The notes beneath the pieces were generated by a model. It saw only the letters and a list, made by a program, of their open reading frames with translations, was not told where the DNA came from and did not search any database. Below, in pieces: positions 49,173 through 58,624 of a stretch of DNA of 64,000 nt (position 1 is the first letter of the stretch; each line of letters begins with the position of its first letter). The stretch is from an uncultured archaeon. Lineage in GTDB: Archaea > Thermoplasmatota > Penumbrarchaeia > JASLWR01. The stretch spans positions 96,001 to 160,000 of the forward strand of contig CAYSHM010000001.1 of the NCBI GenBank assembly GCA_964430885.1, in the 5' to 3' direction. The position numbers were made by a program, and so were the translations under genes.

Positions 49173-49367
49173 TCAATCGTCAAAAATAAAAATCTTCTCG
49201 ATAGTGGTTTTGAAAACCCTAGCGATGTCATGGGCCAGTTTCAACGAGGGATTGTATTTTCCCTTCTCGAGATAGACTATTGTCTCCCGCCGCACTCCCA
49301 CCTTCAATGCGAGATCGCCCGGGGTCAGATCGAATCTCGCTCTGAGCTCTTTGATACGGGTTTTCAT
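49173..49367 (-). CDS. XRE/Cro-family HTH regulator
   Basis: [50 protein letters not shown]; start moved to ATG 49367. Confidence 0.92.
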   Translation of the reverse strand: MKTRIKELRARFDLTPGDLALKVGVRRETIVYLEKGKYNPSLKLAHDIARVFKTTIEKIFIFDD

Positions 49368-49380
49368 AATTTCCATCCCA

Positions 49381-49578
49381 TCATTCTGTCGGATCCCCCC
49401 GGAAATGATGCCATATCCAGCATAGACCGAATATACAGAGCATGGCCAATGTCTGATAGAACACCAGCAGTGAGGGATCCATATTTTCATAATCGGATTT
49501 GAATAAATTAGAGTATTTCAGAATAAGATTTATTCCTCGTTGCGTGCCGTGAATATCCGAAGCTATTAACAATTTCAT
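49381..49578 (-). pseudogene. Chimeric ORF: metallophosphoesterase N-terminus fused to the C-terminus of a membrane protein
   Basis: MKLLIASDIHG (DxH motif) ...KSD, then [33 protein letters not shown], a TM plus RGD end like DUF2178-type genes found before XRE regulators. Confidence 0.7.
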
Positions 49579-49644
49579 TATAATTCAACTACCAATACCT
49601 TAGGCCTGAAATATTATTTCAGGAAAAAAGTAGTAACCTAAGGT

Positions 49645-51318
49645 TTATTGTCTTTTTAAAATAAAATGTAAAATTGTTGTCATAAAGATTATCAATATCA
49701 CTAAAGTAATCGGTGGTTCAAAGGAGGGTGTAACACTTTCGTATCTTCTATCAGCTATATGGATTATTTTTGTAGCTTCATTGTTATTATATTCACCGCT
49801 GGCTTCTGCTGCTTCTATCAATCTATTTGTAGTATCTATCCTTACGTTGACGGGGATTGCTGAAATATTTGAATTCAACTGAATAATGGTCTCGACACCT
49901 ACTAGGTATGTACCGCCTGGCGGGATTATTGCTCCTCCGGGAATGGAGGTTTCTAAGATGAGGGACATTTCGGGAATTTCAAACTCAACCGTTAAGTCAT
50001 TGTTCGATACCGCTTCAGTCATGCCAGAATTATATATGAGGGCAGTGATGTAGGTATATTCATTGTTATACGCTGCATGAGGTTTTATATCACTGATCCT
50101 TATACTGAGATCAGGACCTACTTTGAAACGTTTGTATCCAATATTGTTTGTAATATTGACATCTGGATCGTAATTATTGGATTCTACAATGTCGTTTTCA
50201 ATATCAATGAGGAGTCTAGCCTCGAAAATTCCTTCTGACAGAGGAGTGTAATTATATATCAATGAATATCTTTCCCCAATGTCAAGACCTGAACAAGGCA
50301 GGTTATTCTCTTCATGCAGAGTGAAGTTCCCTGTAGCTGGATTAAGCTGGTACAACTGGATTTTTGTTATGAATGAATCATAAGTGTCATTGTTTCCAAT
50401 ATTTTCAATATTCGCTTTAATGGTAAGATTGTTCCACTGGACCGCTTCAGGTCCACCAGTGGTAACTTGAATATCATAGGTATTTCCAATCTTATTTACT
50501 GCAATATCTGGATAGCCATTCAATACTTCAGGTCCAAGAAATAACTGACTGGTTTCCGAAGCACCGAATTCGTCAATGAATTCAAAATAATATTGGTGCT
50601 TCCCTGGACTTAGCTTTGTGGAATACTGAAATAATTCTCCGTCAGTATAGTCATCATCAAAATAGTCTCCAACACCGGTTATTTCTTCCATTTGATAATA
50701 AATATTATCAATATAAACTCCGCTCTGATACTGAGTTAGATCTGGCCTGTGATTGTCTAGATCTAAGTACACTATTTGAAAGGTAAAAGTGTCTGAAATG
50801 GTGCCACTTTCAGGGAAAATAGTTGTTTCATGGAATGCACCTCCATAAACATTCGGAACCAATAGTGAAGGTTTATTGTTCACTATTACTGATTCATTCA
50901 GACCTTGGTGGGGCCATCGGTAGGTCACATTATTTATCAAGGCTTCAAAATGATAGTGGTGTGTGCCTGGATCCAAACCATTGATTTCTAAAGAAAAAAT
51001 GGCACCATCGTCATATGTGTGATCTATGCTTTCCATCTCAAAATGATCAGATCCTATTACCAAATGCAGATGATTATCACCCCAGTTGGGATCGATATTG
51101 GAACTATTTTGATACATTATCCGGAATTCAAAAAAATCGTCCTCAATACCAATATCAGGTTCAGCTCCATCATATATGTATCCATCTTCTCCGGTCCAGG
51201 TGAGTTCCGGAAGGGATGTGGCATTGGAAGCCAATGAAGAAGGAATGCCAATCATGCACGTTATCATAAGTGCCCCCAATGTGCATACAAATAAATGCCA
51301 ATATCTCATAATAAACAC
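49645..51318 (-). CDS. Surface protein with two FxF...Y.. repeats, two CARDB-like domains and PGF-like (TPSF) C-terminal anchor
   Basis: Signal peptide; FEFRIMYQN / FTFQIVYLD repeats; PDIAV, PDLSI, IENIG, IYNSG; TPSFEP, TM, KRQ. Confidence 0.8.
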   Translation of the reverse strand: MFIMRYWHLFVCTLGALMITCMIGIPSSLASNATSLPELTWTGEDGYIYDGAEPDIGIEDDFFEFRIMYQNSSNIDPNWGDNHLHLVIGSDHFEMESIDHTYDDGAIFSLEINGLDPGTHHYHFEALINNVTYRWPHQGLNESVIVNNKPSLLVPNVYGGAFHETTIFPESGTISDTFTFQIVYLDLDNHRPDLTQYQSGVYIDNIYYQMEEITGVGDYFDDDYTDGELFQYSTKLSPGKHQYYFEFIDEFGASETSQLFLGPEVLNGYPDIAVNKIGNTYDIQVTTGGPEAVQWNNLTIKANIENIGNNDTYDSFITKIQLYQLNPATGNFTLHEENNLPCSGLDIGERYSLIYNYTPLSEGIFEARLLIDIENDIVESNNYDPDVNITNNIGYKRFKVGPDLSIRISDIKPHAAYNNEYTYITALIYNSGMTEAVSNNDLTVEFEIPEMSLILETSIPGGAIIPPGGTYLVGVETIIQLNSNISAIPVNVRIDTTNRLIEAAEASGEYNNNEATKIIHIADRRYESVTPSFEPPITLVILIIFMTTILHFILKRQ

Positions 51319-51524
51319 CTTCGCCTGATCAGATATGAACCTTACAGGATGATTTCCAATATGATTAGTTAATATTTACATATCGTCTGCCAAGATTATA
51401 AGGTTTTTTATGACATCAGCAAATCAACATATTCAAGTTGAAGAATAGAAAGATCAATTTTCTACATTGCATTAGAGTAAATAATAAATAAAAAAGAGAG
51501 AGACCCAAGTATTCAGATGGAATG

Positions 51525-52313
51525 TCAGGTCTCTTTTTCTTTCTGTTTTCCTCTATAGAGCAATCCAACCATTATTATAAAAGGAACGAAGATTATCGCT
51601 ATTGAAAGCATTACGCCATAAATGGAATTCAATATCAGTGAATTACCGAATTGAGGCGAAAGTCCTTCGATAGTGAAGGGCGGGATCTCATATCCTTTAT
51701 CCATCATCATGATCAGAACATTCTGTAGGTCCAAGATGAACCATGAATAAAAGAAGATAATGGAAAAGAATATCACTAACCACAATAGGTATTTTCCAGA
51801 CAGTAGATTTAAATTTAAATTTTCCTTTTTAAGGTTGTGTTTGGACGCAAATTGTTTTATTCCATAGAAATGGTTTGAGGTGCTTGCCAATTCGACATAT
51901 AGAATCAATCCAAAGGAGAAAAGAAGAACATAGAACAATGTTGTGCTAGATAGGTCACCTACATCAGTGTAGGTTCTAGTCCCCCAAACTCCTATGATAG
52001 CCCCAATTATAAAGAATATCATGGATGACATTACAAAGATATTGTTCAGGGACGGGACGATCTTGAATTTAGATATTTCTATAATGCTGAAAGGCAAACA
52101 AGCCCATAGACCCAACAGACCCAATAATGCTGCTAATCCGATGAATATGAAACCCACTAGTTTTGGCAGATTATTTGCCCCGGCCTCATCAACTAGAATG
52201 AACAGCATAATTCCTGCGATCAAGAGGCTGATTGTGCCCAGCGCCTGGAGTAGTGTGAGTAATGTGCTGGCTTTTGCAGCATCAATTGATTGGATGGGTT
52301 CGTCGTCTGCCAT
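51525..52313 (-). CDS. Multi-pass membrane protein of the MoxR operon
   Basis: About 6 hydrophobic helices; TAATG coupling to the DUF58 gene. Confidence 0.8.
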   Translation of the reverse strand: MADDEPIQSIDAAKASTLLTLLQALGTISLLIAGIMLFILVDEAGANNLPKLVGFIFIGLAALLGLLGLWACLPFSIIEISKFKIVPSLNNIFVMSSMIFFIIGAIIGVWGTRTYTDVGDLSSTTLFYVLLFSFGLILYVELASTSNHFYGIKQFASKHNLKKENLNLNLLSGKYLLWLVIFFSIIFFYSWFILDLQNVLIMMMDKGYEIPPFTIEGLSPQFGNSLILNSIYGVMLSIAIIFVPFIIMVGLLYRGKQKEKET

Positions 52314-53821
52314 TATAATGCACCTCCTCTAGATTGGGCTGCGGACGTAGCTCTTAACAGGACCTGCTGTAATGAAGTCTGCGGTTTCCAGTCAATAACA
52401 CTAATACCATATCTTCGAAGTTCCTTTATTAATATGTCTCTTTCCAGTCTGATAACATCGTAGGCTAACGGGTCAATTTTCACCTCTTTTGCCGTACCGA
52501 GAACACCCTCGGCACTCTCGACAGCACCCTTTTCCTTTGCCAACAGTTCAAAATCAATTGATGATGGTGATAAGATAGTGACATCGAATTCCAGTACTTT
52601 CATGGTGCTTATTGCCTTTCTCAGAGAGTCATCGTCATCCAGAGAAGTTATTACTATAACTGGAGACAATCTTGGTAGATAAGGCAATGCTTCATCAATT
52701 ACCCCTTGGAGCGGAATGTCTCCTTTTGGCATAGCACTGGCTAGAGCGGTCAATATTTCATACAATTGTTTTTTACCTGTTTTCTTCTTGATAGTAAGAA
52801 CCTTGTCGCTGTAAATGACCAGGGAGACACTATCACGTCTGTTAAGGAAGAATTGGGTAAGGGTTGCTGCGGCTCTTGCCCCGTAGATATTCGCATTATC
52901 AGATTCCATACCTATGGATGAAACCTCTCTCGCATCATATACAATAGTAACATCCGAAACGCTTTCTCTTTCCTTTTCATTAACAAGAAGCCGACCCGTA
53001 GAAGCAAATGCTTTCCAGTTTATCATCTTGAAAGGATCTCCCGGGACATATTCTCTGATACCCCAGAATTCGTAACCCGGTCCGGGCATTTTAACACGCA
53101 TTTCACCAGGATACATTTTAGGTTGTTTGGATTTCAAGGATAATTCTTTTACCTCACGAGTCTGGGGGAAAACGGTCAAGCGACTGGTGTAATCAACATT
53201 TTCTTCGTTGTAGAAAAGATAAAAAGGATCGTGAGACCTTATTGACACTGGTCCGATGTCATAGACTCCTTTCAAAGGACACCTAATAGCATATCTCAAT
53301 CGTGTTTTGCCCTTTGGTTTAAGATCTAGATAGGTATAATTGCTCCCCCTTCGTAATTCCACTTGGCTGGGTAGGCTGTCTTTGATTTCGACAATACCAC
53401 CCTTTGAGGAGAAATAACCTATGGCCAGACCGATTCCTAGTCCCAGTATTACCACAATCAATGCTCCTATGATTCCGGGTAAAAATCCGAATATCGGGTC
53501 GAATCCCCAGATCCAGAAAGAAAGTGGGAGGGAAAGGACTAAACCTATAATGGCTCCACCGACGACTGAAGTTACAAGCTTAATGGATTTAGGCCTGGTT
53601 AGCTGAAGTTCGGCTTTAATCATACCATCCTCAAATATCCGTTCATTGGACATTTGTCTGAAGGGTCTGACAGTCATATTCAGATTAATGAATATGCTGA
53701 AACCGATATAGAGGAATAAAGTTATACTTATTCCCAGCAACAGCAGGTTCCTGAATATTAAACCCAGGAATACCAGGCCGATTCCAGTACACAGCATCAA
53801 TACTGCCTTTTTTGTCCACAT
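52313..53821 (-). CDS. DUF58 (MoxR-associated, vWA-like) membrane protein
   Basis: GPGYEFWGIREYVPGDPFKMINWKAFASTGRLLVNEKERE, TIVYDARE, DSVSLVIY. Confidence 0.93.
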   Translation of the reverse strand: MWTKKAVLMLCTGIGLVFLGLIFRNLLLLGISITLFLYIGFSIFINLNMTVRPFRQMSNERIFEDGMIKAELQLTRPKSIKLVTSVVGGAIIGLVLSLPLSFWIWGFDPIFGFLPGIIGALIVVILGLGIGLAIGYFSSKGGIVEIKDSLPSQVELRRGSNYTYLDLKPKGKTRLRYAIRCPLKGVYDIGPVSIRSHDPFYLFYNEENVDYTSRLTVFPQTREVKELSLKSKQPKMYPGEMRVKMPGPGYEFWGIREYVPGDPFKMINWKAFASTGRLLVNEKERESVSDVTIVYDAREVSSIGMESDNANIYGARAAATLTQFFLNRRDSVSLVIYSDKVLTIKKKTGKKQLYEILTALASAMPKGDIPLQGVIDEALPYLPRLSPVIVITSLDDDDSLRKAISTMKVLEFDVTILSPSSIDFELLAKEKGAVESAEGVLGTAKEVKIDPLAYDVIRLERDILIKELRRYGISVIDWKPQTSLQQVLLRATSAAQSRGGAL

Positions 53822-53824
53822 TAT

Positions 53825-54973
53825 CTACACCGCGGGTACAGGCACTTCATTTAAAATCTTATTGAGAATATCTTCAGGCAGTACACCTCTGATACGAGGT
53901 TCTGGTTTCAATATTATCCTGTGTGCAATTGCCTGAGAGCAAATCGCCTTGATGTCATCAGGAGTAATATAATCTCTACCCTGAAGCACAGCTCTAGCCC
54001 TTGACAGTTTGAATAGAGCCAAGGAACCTCTCGGGGATGATCCAACAACCACTCGGGGGTCTTCTCTGGTTCTTGTAACTATTTCTACTATGTATGTGAG
54101 CAGAGCGGGGTCCAAGTGAACACCCTCGACAGTTCTCATCATGGCTAGGATCTTTTCCGGGCTTGTAATTGTGTCAACTTCAACATCATCTTGACCACGG
54201 CTCATTCTTCTGATAAGAATCTCTCTCTCATCTTCTCTGGATGGATAACCCATACTCATTTTCTGCATGAAACGATCGACCTGAGCTTCAGGCAGGGGGT
54301 ATGTTCCTTCCTGCTCGATGGGGTTCTGTGTAGCCAATACTAGAAAAGGTTTTGGTAGCTTGTGTGTTACACCTTCAATAGATACCTGTCTTTCCTGCAT
54401 CGCTTCTAACATGGCCGCCTGGGTTTTGGGTGGAGCCCGGTTAATCTCATCAGCTAACAGAATGTTTGCAAAGATCGGGCCAGCTCTGAACTTAAATTCA
54501 TTTTCCTTTTCATCATACACATAGGTACCAGTGATATCAGATGGCAAAAGATCAGGAGTGAACTGAATTCTTCTATATTTACATCCTAGGGCATCTGCAA
54601 ATGTCATAATCATAAGTGATTTTGCAGTTCCTGGAAAATCTTCCATCAAAGTGTGCCCATCTGCCAATATGCATGTGAGAACATTTTCTAGAATATCTCT
54701 CTTACCAATAATGGCCTTTTCGACTTGTTCCAATATTGCGCTAGATGTAGCGGCAACGCCCCGCACAGCTGCGGGACTAGCTCTGGGCGGTGATCCTCTT
54801 TGCTGGGGTCCGGCACCTCGGGGTCTAGCCCCGCCAGGCTGCTGTCTTCCCATGGGCCTCTGGCCTCCTACTGCCCCCTGAGGTGCTTTCCCTCTAGGTC
54901 CAGGAGGTAATTGTTTGGGTCCGCCTTGTGGCTTGTTTCCTATATTTGCTACTTTTTGTGCTCCGTTTGTCAT
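53825..54973 (-). CDS. moxR: MoxR-family AAA+ ATPase with P/G/Q/R-rich N-terminal extension
   Basis: EDFPGTAKS, RIQFTPDLLPSDITG, LLADEINRAPPKTQAAMLEAMQE, ATQNPIEQEGTYPLPEAQVDRF, SPRG. Confidence 0.95.
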   Translation of the reverse strand: MTNGAQKVANIGNKPQGGPKQLPPGPRGKAPQGAVGGQRPMGRQQPGGARPRGAGPQQRGSPPRASPAAVRGVAATSSAILEQVEKAIIGKRDILENVLTCILADGHTLMEDFPGTAKSLMIMTFADALGCKYRRIQFTPDLLPSDITGTYVYDEKENEFKFRAGPIFANILLADEINRAPPKTQAAMLEAMQERQVSIEGVTHKLPKPFLVLATQNPIEQEGTYPLPEAQVDRFMQKMSMGYPSREDEREILIRRMSRGQDDVEVDTITSPEKILAMMRTVEGVHLDPALLTYIVEIVTRTREDPRVVVGSSPRGSLALFKLSRARAVLQGRDYITPDDIKAICSQAIAHRIILKPEPRIRGVLPEDILNKILNEVPVPAV

Positions 54974-55035
54974 ATCTTATCACCTTTCGAATACAACTAT
55001 ATTTTATGACTGTTATTTTGAATTATTCATATTGA

Positions 55036-57093
55036 TTATTTTTTCCATTTATTAACAAGTTCAATTAATCGAGTTATTTCCTCTTCAGAATATGATGCCT
55101 CGCTTCTGACCAATTTTATTAATTCGGGATCTCCAATCAACTGATCTACATCTCTGTCATTGATCGCCCTGAATTCTTCAGTTGACAATCCTTTGTTCAT
55201 TCTAGCAATGTCCAAAACAATTTCTTGAAGTCTTCGTTTCTTTAGTTCGATTCTAGTAGGCAATGTTCTTCTCTGTCTGAAAGTTCTGACATTGAATTTA
55301 TGTTCCCAGTTTTCCCGTCCTTTGGAGAACAGGATACCAAAAACAATAAACACTGCAAGGACAATGGCCGAAGTTACCACGTAACATGATTCGGATGTCA
55401 ATACGCTTGTTACTTTCAGTGTGGAATAGGTCGGGATCAGCCACTTTTTATCTTCACCGTGTCTGCTGTCATCAATAAGTATCAGCAGTTCGTCTTCCTC
55501 CTCACTGTCGATTTTGTTCTTGAAAAGATAGTAGACCAGATCCTTCATGAATATTCTGTTGTCATAATCAGTCCTATTGTCAGGAGTATTATCTGCAATA
55601 AGGTTGATATCCTTCTGATCTTTTTCACTTAAACTATCTTTGGGTTCGATATCTGATTCTTCTATGATATTATGGAAAACATCATTATAATCAATACTCA
55701 TGTGATTTAATGAGTAGAGATCATTAGTGAATATGTCAGCATCAGGCATGAAAACAATGGATCCTTTACCAACAAATTTGGAGTCTACAACTTCCAGTAT
55801 TAATTCGACTCTGTTAGCCCCGGTAGATACTCGGTCCGCCAATGAAGTGGAATCCTCATCAGGAAGTTCAATTTCACCGTTCTTGTTAAGGTCAACATAG
55901 CTGTTTTTTGATCCTCTAGCAATTGTATTTGTATCGGTTTTGAAAGAATAGATGGCCACAGGGGTGTTCATTATTAGCCGGTAATGATAAAGATCTTCAT
56001 CGATCATATCATCCAATTTCCAGAACTCAAGCTTGCTTTGGCTTTGACCGGGGATGTCCACTTCGGTAGCCTCGAATTTCCACTTCTGATCTTCAAGATA
56101 CCATCCCTGACCGTTTGGTTTTTCTTCAATTATCAGAGTTTCGTTAGCCAATGATAAATGTAGTTTGGAACTGAACTGGTTTTTGATCTCGTTGGGGAAT
56201 ATTCCTTGGTCCAAAAGCCTGATTATATCATCGTCGGCGAAGTAGTCAAAGAGATGGACTCTTGCATCATCATTTATTCCGTTTAGTCTCTCTTCATTAA
56301 CTCCTATCTCGTAGGGATCCTGACGTCCGTTTCCGTTCTCATCTATCCAGTCACCGTCATCATCCCATACATCCTCATCAATGCCCTCGTTTGTCTCATC
56401 AACAAGTGCATTATAATCATTATCATAGCCGTCCCTTTTCAACTTTCGGTTATCCTGATCATCATCTATATCGTCCAAGGGATCTTCATCAACCAGGTTA
56501 TCATAATCATCATCATCATCCCAAATGCCATCCTTTTCATCAGACCATATCTTTCTCTGTCCGGCGGCATTTTGCTTTGCATTTAGGTTAGGATCCAACA
56601 GCCATTTTCCATTATCCGTTCCAAGAATGGCTTCACATATGGGGAAGTTTGTACTCTTATCATAATTCTGATCGAAGAACTGTCCATCATAATATGTAAT
56701 ATTGAAAGCATCTGCCAATGAAGACACATAGCCAAAATCATCTGCAATAATCGCATGACCGCCTTCCTTCACAAAGGATTTTATGGCGGAAATCTCATCT
56801 AAGGTATATTCTCTCTCAATGCCTGCTGCGACGTAAAGAGTATTCTCTGAGTCGATCATATTCTGCTCGAAAATCGAAGGTGTTGTGACAATGGTCTGTA
56901 CGGTGTAATTGTCCTTTTGCATATCGGATACGAAGTGCGATATGTCCCGAGAATTATCCTGGAATCCCAGAAAACTGTTGGTATTTTCCTCGGCCCATAT
57001 ATTAAGCCCGATGGGGAATAATACATATATTGCTAAAAGTATCGCTGTAACGATTATTAAGAAAATTCTTCTCAACATGGGATTCTCCCTCAT
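55036..57093 (-). CDS. DUF4350-like (GATase-fold) membrane protein with acidic Ca-binding-type insert
   Basis: YT.DEISAIKSFVKEGGHAIIADDFG, GKGSIVFMPDADIFTN, YDNRIF, ILIDDSRH; two TM helices; DDDDDYDNLVDEDP-type repeats. Confidence 0.78.
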   Translation of the reverse strand: MRENPMLRRIFLIIVTAILLAIYVLFPIGLNIWAEENTNSFLGFQDNSRDISHFVSDMQKDNYTVQTIVTTPSIFEQNMIDSENTLYVAAGIEREYTLDEISAIKSFVKEGGHAIIADDFGYVSSLADAFNITYYDGQFFDQNYDKSTNFPICEAILGTDNGKWLLDPNLNAKQNAAGQRKIWSDEKDGIWDDDDDYDNLVDEDPLDDIDDDQDNRKLKRDGYDNDYNALVDETNEGIDEDVWDDDGDWIDENGNGRQDPYEIGVNEERLNGINDDARVHLFDYFADDDIIRLLDQGIFPNEIKNQFSSKLHLSLANETLIIEEKPNGQGWYLEDQKWKFEATEVDIPGQSQSKLEFWKLDDMIDEDLYHYRLIMNTPVAIYSFKTDTNTIARGSKNSYVDLNKNGEIELPDEDSTSLADRVSTGANRVELILEVVDSKFVGKGSIVFMPDADIFTNDLYSLNHMSIDYNDVFHNIIEESDIEPKDSLSEKDQKDINLIADNTPDNRTDYDNRIFMKDLVYYLFKNKIDSEEEDELLILIDDSRHGEDKKWLIPTYSTLKVTSVLTSESCYVVTSAIVLAVFIVFGILFSKGRENWEHKFNVRTFRQRRTLPTRIELKKRRLQEIVLDIARMNKGLSTEEFRAINDRDVDQLIGDPELIKLVRSEASYSEEEITRLIELVNKWKK

Positions 57094-57398
57094 TAGATGT
57101 CAGCAACATTGAATTTTTTAAATATTTTATTCAACTGATTCCCCTCAGTCCACCACATTTACTGCCAATCTATTTCTTCCCCTCTTATATTGGTAATGTT
57201 ATATAATATTTTAGGTGTAATTGATGGTCTTTGGAAGCACTTTTCCGGACACCAGAATTTAAATAATTTGACATTTTTTCTTGTGAAGTTTGATAGAAAT
57301 TATTTAATGATATTGCTTTTTCACAGCATAACATTTCAAAATAATACCATTTAATATAACATCATTGACCCATAATAAAGCACAACCTAGAAAAATTT

Positions 57399-57472
57399 GC
57401 CCGAATGGGGTAGCTTGGATATCCTCGAGGCCTGCGGAGCCTTGAACTCGGGTTCGAATCCCGGTTCGGGCA
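57399..57472 (+). tRNA. tRNA-Arg(GCG)
   Basis: Acceptor GCCCGAA/TTCGGGC; anticodon arm GAGGC-CTGCGGA-GCCTT; T-loop TTCGAAT. Confidence 0.93.
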
Positions 57473-57523
57473 TTTAATTTTCATTTATGTTTTTCATTTC
57501 TCAATTATCTTTGATTTACCCAT

Positions 57524-58516
57524 CTAATATGAAGTAGTCATTGTTCTGTGATATGGTTTCAATTTCATTTCGCTTCTCTGACCCATGACCCAAAGCATAT
57601 CATTTATGTCCTTGTCCATGATTTTGTCTTTACCTGCGAATGTTGAGTTGATAGTGGATTGCATCATATGTACGGCTGCAATTGCATTGGCCCTGATCTC
57701 GATTTCTTCAGAGGATCCCTGGGAAATTTCTTCCATTCTATCGATTTTTCTTGATAGTTCAGGACTATACTTCAATATTCCCAAAGCTCTGAGCGACATT
57801 GGTACCTTATAATCAGCAAACGCAGTTAATTTATTCTGATTCACAAGATTTTTGTATTTGATATTGCTCTTGAATTTGGATGGAATTATATCATGGATGT
57901 CCGATAGAAGAAGCTGACAGCGCTTATTGAAAAAGATTGTTTTACCATTGTATTCTTCCTGATCCTTATATGACGGAAACTCTTTGATTATGATTTTCAT
58001 TACCTGTGTGGTATCGTAGTTTCCTTTAGAAAGAATATTTGAGAAACGTCCTTGGAATTTATCCATCAATATTTCAGCACTATTTAACATAAATTGAAAT
58101 CGTTCCCTTGCTTGAGTTAGTGACCCATTTCCTTTGAAAATGTGCTCGAATTCCGAATAGTTCAATTCTGATATGTATTTAGGATCATAAATAGGTATTT
58201 TATTCATTATACCTTTATTGAAAGCTGCAAGCATAGCCCAAGTTCCATCATATGTTCGATCCAAATAATTGATCTTCCATTTCGGAACAGTCCAATAACA
58301 AAAATTCACCGAATTGAATATGAATAGCAGATTCAGTATATCTTCAAGTTTGAGATCATTGATGGGCCCCATATCCAACGGCGCATTAGTTAACCAGTTC
58401 TTTGTAGTTGTAAAAGCTTGTTCCTTTACAAATTCCTCAATCATTTTCTTGTTAATTATTACATGTTCAGAAATATTGGATACATAATTTGCTGTTATTA
58501 GGACTGGGTTTTTCAT
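57524..58516 (-). CDS. qng1: Queuosine salvage family protein (DUF2419/QNG1, Q-nucleotide N-glycosylase)
   Basis: FIFNSVNFCYW, FPSYKD, FFNKRCQLLLSDI, LTAFADYKVPMSLRALGILKYS, EEIEIRA, DMLW, PYHRTMTTSY. Confidence 0.88.
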   Translation of the reverse strand: MKNPVLITANYVSNISEHVIINKKMIEEFVKEQAFTTTKNWLTNAPLDMGPINDLKLEDILNLLFIFNSVNFCYWTVPKWKINYLDRTYDGTWAMLAAFNKGIMNKIPIYDPKYISELNYSEFEHIFKGNGSLTQARERFQFMLNSAEILMDKFQGRFSNILSKGNYDTTQVMKIIIKEFPSYKDQEEYNGKTIFFNKRCQLLLSDIHDIIPSKFKSNIKYKNLVNQNKLTAFADYKVPMSLRALGILKYSPELSRKIDRMEEISQGSSEEIEIRANAIAAVHMMQSTINSTFAGKDKIMDKDINDMLWVMGQRSEMKLKPYHRTMTTSY

Positions 58517-58624
58517 CTTCAGCCTCCATTTGTTTTAAAGAAGTCAATCTAAAAATGAACTTTAGCCTCCTCCTAAATCCATTATTTCTTGAAGGAGATC
58601 TCAGGAAATGGCATAAAATGATTT

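Larger units (their letters stand above)
42600..49490. mobile_element. Horizontally acquired GC-richer segment (no integrase or transposase) replacing the middle of a phosphoesterase gene
   Basis: Visibly higher GC/CpG than flanks; truncated genes at both ends; host gene halves outside each boundary. Confidence 0.65.

Noticed and set aside
49368-49490. 41-aa N-terminal extension of the XRE ORF
   Set aside because: Overlaps the upstream chimeric ORF in another frame; the XRE family starts at MKTRIKELR.
42580-49600. IS/transposon or provirus explanation for the island
   Set aside because: No transposase, integrase, terminal inverted repeats or target-site duplication seen, and host sequence is missing rather than duplicated.
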